DNA of 64,000 nucleotides from Micavibrio aeruginosavorus (lineage in GTDB: Bacteria > Pseudomonadota > Alphaproteobacteria > Micavibrionales > Micavibrionaceae), in the NCBI GenBank assembly GCA_003241475.1, contig QFQB01000001.1, positions 24,997-88,996 of the forward strand, read 5' to 3'. Under the pieces are notes generated by a model. The model did not search any database. It was not told the origin of the DNA and saw nothing but the letters and a program-made list of their open reading frames with translations. The stretch's first letter is position 1. Each line of letters starts with the position of its first letter. Positions 61,479-64,000 of the stretch are shown here, piece by piece. A program made the translations under genes and the position numbers.

Positions 61479-62760
61479 CGACGATCTCGACAATGATCTG
61501 GATGTTGAGAACTTCGACGATGGCGAAGGTTTTGACGATTTCAGCAAAAAGGGTTCGCTCGGCGACATGTGGCGAAACAACCCGATGGTCAAAATCGGGG
61601 TTATTCTGGCCGCGTTCGCCATCATTGTCGGCGCTATCATCCTGTTTGGCGGCTCTGCCGAGAAAAAGCAGCGGTCATCCGTGGCGGGCGCATCCGATAT
61701 AACAGAGGCGCCAGGTAGTAGCGAAGTGTCCGCGACCATGAAGGAAGCCATCGACACCAAAAACCTTGAAAATGCCGAAAACGCCCTTCGCACCAGCGGC
61801 TCTGCCGTACCTATTCCTGTCGAGCCGCCCAAAGGCGTTATTCCCGTGCCTGTCGAGGAGATGAGTGGCGAAGATCCGCTTGAGCGCTGGCGCCGGATGC
61901 AAGAAGAGCGCGTCCGCCAGCAGGAAATGCTGGCGCAAGCCAAACCGCAAACGGCTCCGGTGGCGCCGCCCGTCGATACAAAAACACCGGCTGTCAATGC
62001 CATGTCGCAGGCGATGGTGACGCAAATGCAGTCGATTTTGCAAAACCAGAAAATTCCCGAGCCGCGATTCAAGAAAATCACGGGCGTGACATTCGTCGAA
62101 GATTCCGAACGCAAGAAAATGGAAAAACTGGCCGCCGCCCAGCGCGAGATGCAGCAAATGCAGGCCGCGGCGATGGTGGACGAACAAGTTGAAAATATCA
62201 TTATTCCGGCAGGCACGATTGAATACGGTCAGCTTTTGATCGAGGCGAACACGGATGCGCCCGGTCCTGTTCTGGCGCAGATCGTCTCCGGTCCCTTGAA
62301 AGGTTCGCGCGTTTTGGGTTCCTTCAAATCCACGGACCAATATCTGACGCTGGAATTCTCCCAGCTTGTTCTGGACGGCATCAGCTATCCTATTCAGGCT
62401 ATAGCGATCGACCCTGATACGACGATGCCGGGCATGATCACGGAGATCGACCATCGTTATTTCAAGCGTGTTATTTTGCCTGCCGCAGCAGCTTTTGTTT
62501 CGGGCTTCGCCGATGCGGTGTCCGAATCCGGCACGACCAGCGTTTACATTTCGGATAGCTCTGTTACGCAGTCCACATCCGATAAGGACAGCAAACAAGA
62601 AGTAGCTTCGGGGATCAGCGAGGCCGGCGATGAGCTAAGCGATATTATGGATGAAGAGGCCGATCGTACCCAGCCGATGCTACGGGTTGCCGCTGGAACG
62701 CCTATGGGCGTTTTGTTTACCCAGCCGGTGACGGACACAAACCTTGCATCAACGCGCTAA
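61471..62760 (+). CDS. icmE: type IVB secretion core protein IcmE/DotG (VirB10/TrbI-like C-terminus)
   Basis: 429 aa. Acidic N-terminus, TM segment (VKIGVILAAFAIIVGAIILFGG), Pro-rich linker, and a TrbI/VirB10-type domain IIIPAGTIEYGQLLIEANTDAPGPVLAQIVSGPLKGSRVLGSF...LVLDGISYPIQAIAIDPDT. 8-nt overlap with icmK. Confidence 0.8.
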   Translation: MSNDDLDNDLDVENFDDGEGFDDFSKKGSLGDMWRNNPMVKIGVILAAFAIIVGAIILFGGSAEKKQRSSVAGASDITEAPGSSEVSATMKEAIDTKNLENAENALRTSGSAVPIPVEPPKGVIPVPVEEMSGEDPLERWRRMQEERVRQQEMLAQAKPQTAPVAPPVDTKTPAVNAMSQAMVTQMQSILQNQKIPEPRFKKITGVTFVEDSERKKMEKLAAAQREMQQMQAAAMVDEQVENIIIPAGTIEYGQLLIEANTDAPGPVLAQIVSGPLKGSRVLGSFKSTDQYLTLEFSQLVLDGISYPIQAIAIDPDTTMPGMITEIDHRYFKRVILPAAAAFVSGFADAVSESGTTSVYISDSSVTQSTSDKDSKQEVASGISEAGDELSDIMDEEADRTQPMLRVAAGTPMGVLFTQPVTDTNLASTR

Positions 62761-62820
62761 ATTCCCTATTTGTAAGGGCTAGGGGTCCATAGATCGCTTT
62801 GAGGAAAACGGGCGCAAAAC

Positions 62821-64000
62821 ATGACGAACAAGAATAAAAATCAAGGTTCCGGCGAATTCGAAGATGATTTCGAAGATATCGAGGATTTTTCCGATGCGGA
62901 TTTTGACGCTTCGGCCTATGAAGACGTCGATTATGACGATCTCCCCGGTGAAGAGGGCGACGATTTCGAAGGCGATGACTTTGAGGGCGACGAATGGGGC
63001 GACGAAGAAGAGGGCTCAACCGACAAGAAGGGCAAAAAGAAGAAGGAAAAAAGCGGCGGCGGTCTTTCTTTTAATGCCATGATGATTATCGGCGCAGTCG
63101 TCGTCGGCGGCGGCGTCATGGCTCTGAACATCATGAATCAAACGGCGGCCGTGAAGGCTGAAGAAAAACCGATCTGGCGCTCCATGCTGAATATCAGCGG
63201 CGTCATGGATGGAATGCTTTTCGGCGATGCGGAGGAAGGACCTTCCGCAGAAGAAATTGCCAAGCAAGAAGCCGCGCAACAGGAGGGCTTCCTCAATAAC
63301 CCCGAATTGGCAGTTCCGCCGCCTGTGGAAACAACGCAAAATACGCCGCCGCAGCCGATGCCGATCGCACCTGACAGCGGCGCTGTTCCCGGCGAACAGT
63401 TGACGCCGATGCCGACACCGTCTGCCGAAGCGCCGCGCGGTCCGGATGAAACGCCTCCTGTATTGGTGGAAGCAACCCCTCCCGTTGTTCCCGATACGCC
63501 GATTACGCCGGATGCGCCCGTCGAGGCTACAGAAAGTGCGCCGTCTGCCGAAGACATTTTGAAAAAGGCGATCGCAAACCGCGAACAAAAAGGACAGGCC
63601 GAAGAAAGGGCGCCTGAAACATCAGCTGAAGCGTCTAAGCCCGTTATAGAAGCCAAACCGGTTGAATTGGCTTTGGAAGAAAAGACGGAAGAGCCAACAC
63701 CAATCGTTACGTCCACACCAACGGTTTCACCACAAGAGGTTGAGGCCAACAAGCAGGCTGTGTCCTCATTGGAAACCAAACTGGACTCTTTGCTCAAACG
63801 TATGGATCAGATCGAAAGCGATCTGGGCGCCGTAAAGCAGGGTAGTGGTACGAGCACGCAGGAACTGGAGCAAACAGTGGCGGCGCTTCGTGCGGAAATC
63901 GATACGCTCAAAAAACGCCCCGCGCAGGTTGAAAAAGTTGTCGAGAAGATTGTCGAAAAAAAATCGGCGCCGATTGCTGATGCGGCGGAAGCTGACGAGG
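62821..64000 (+). CDS. icmG: IcmG/DotF-like bitopic membrane protein (3' end outside window)
   Basis: Not in the ORF track because it has no stop. Hand translation from ATG 62821 stays open to nt 64000. Very acidic N-terminus (EFEDDFEDIEDFSDADFD), one TM segment (MMIIGAVVVGGGVMALNIM), a Pro-rich periplasmic region, then coiled-coil-like LETKLDSLLKRMDQIESDL. The call rests on position after icmE and on topology only. Confidence 0.5.
   Translation, partial: MTNKNKNQGSGEFEDDFEDIEDFSDADFDASAYEDVDYDDLPGEEGDDFEGDDFEGDEWGDEEEGSTDKKGKKKKEKSGGGLSFNAMMIIGAVVVGGGVMALNIMNQTAAVKAEEKPIWRSMLNISGVMDGMLFGDAEEGPSAEEIAKQEAAQQEGFLNNPELAVPPPVETTQNTPPQPMPIAPDSGAVPGEQLTPMPTPSAEAPRGPDETPPVLVEATPPVVPDTPITPDAPVEATESAPSAEDILKKAIANREQKGQAEERAPETSAEASKPVIEAKPVELALEEKTEEPTPIVTSTPTVSPQEVEANKQAVSSLETKLDSLLKRMDQIESDLGAVKQGSGTSTQELEQTVAALRAEIDTLKKRPAQVEKVVEKIVEKKSAPIADAAEADE

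Noticed and set aside
61329-62598. Two long minus-strand ORFs (295 and 307 aa) opposite icmE
   Set aside because: They are antisense to the VirB10-like domain gene. Their products are low-complexity S/A/R/G-rich strings. They are shadow ORFs.
63016-63797. Minus-strand ORFs (190 and 219 aa) opposite the open-ended icmG-like frame
   Set aside because: The plus-strand frame from ATG 62821 is uninterrupted to the window end and has a coherent acidic-head, TM and periplasmic topology. The minus-strand products are R- or S/G-rich junk.

Overview
This is a chromosomal segment whose core synteny looks alphaproteobacterial (aroE-coaE-dnaQ / secB-fxsA / Tim44-like-mltA). I see no transposase, integrase, prophage or CRISPR signal. 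Four accessory blocks stand out. (1) 1.9-20.7 kb: a translationally coupled minus-strand operon of three giant genes (2202, 1952 and about 2086 aa) sits between dnaQ and secB. Each protein starts with a membrane anchor and a GspG/pilin-like head. Downstream they permute LamG lectin folds, RCC1 propellers (about 41 blades in total) and a second propeller-like repeat; the middle protein alone also carries a C-type lectin domain (EPN motif) and a DUF1566/Lcl-like domain. (2) 24.8-33.2 kb: a divergently arranged two-partner secretion pair (1920-aa beta-helix TpsA, ShlB/FhaC-type TpsB) plus two small secreted proteins. One of these is an entericidin-like lipoprotein missing from the ORF track. (3) 43-64 kb: a Dot/Icm-type (type IVB) secretion locus split into two arms. 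The left arm is SLT-dotD-dotC-dotB-icmT-TcpQ-like; the right arm is icmL-icmK-icmE-icmG and runs off the window. (4) Between the arms, on the other strand, lie flgK-flgL behind an exact sigma-54 promoter and a four-gene operon. Three of its genes encode secreted paralogues of an unassigned ~350-aa Cys-containing domain, one fused to a lysozyme/SLT-like domain. Housekeeping genes in between: GNAT, MFS (Bcr/CflA), tRNA-Ala(GGC), mscL, an NtrC-family sigma-54 activator, BI-1/YccA, an HtpX-like M48 protease, LemA, a FIST protein and a DsbC-like oxidoreductase. All functional calls rest on motif recognition by eye; no database search or computation was possible.
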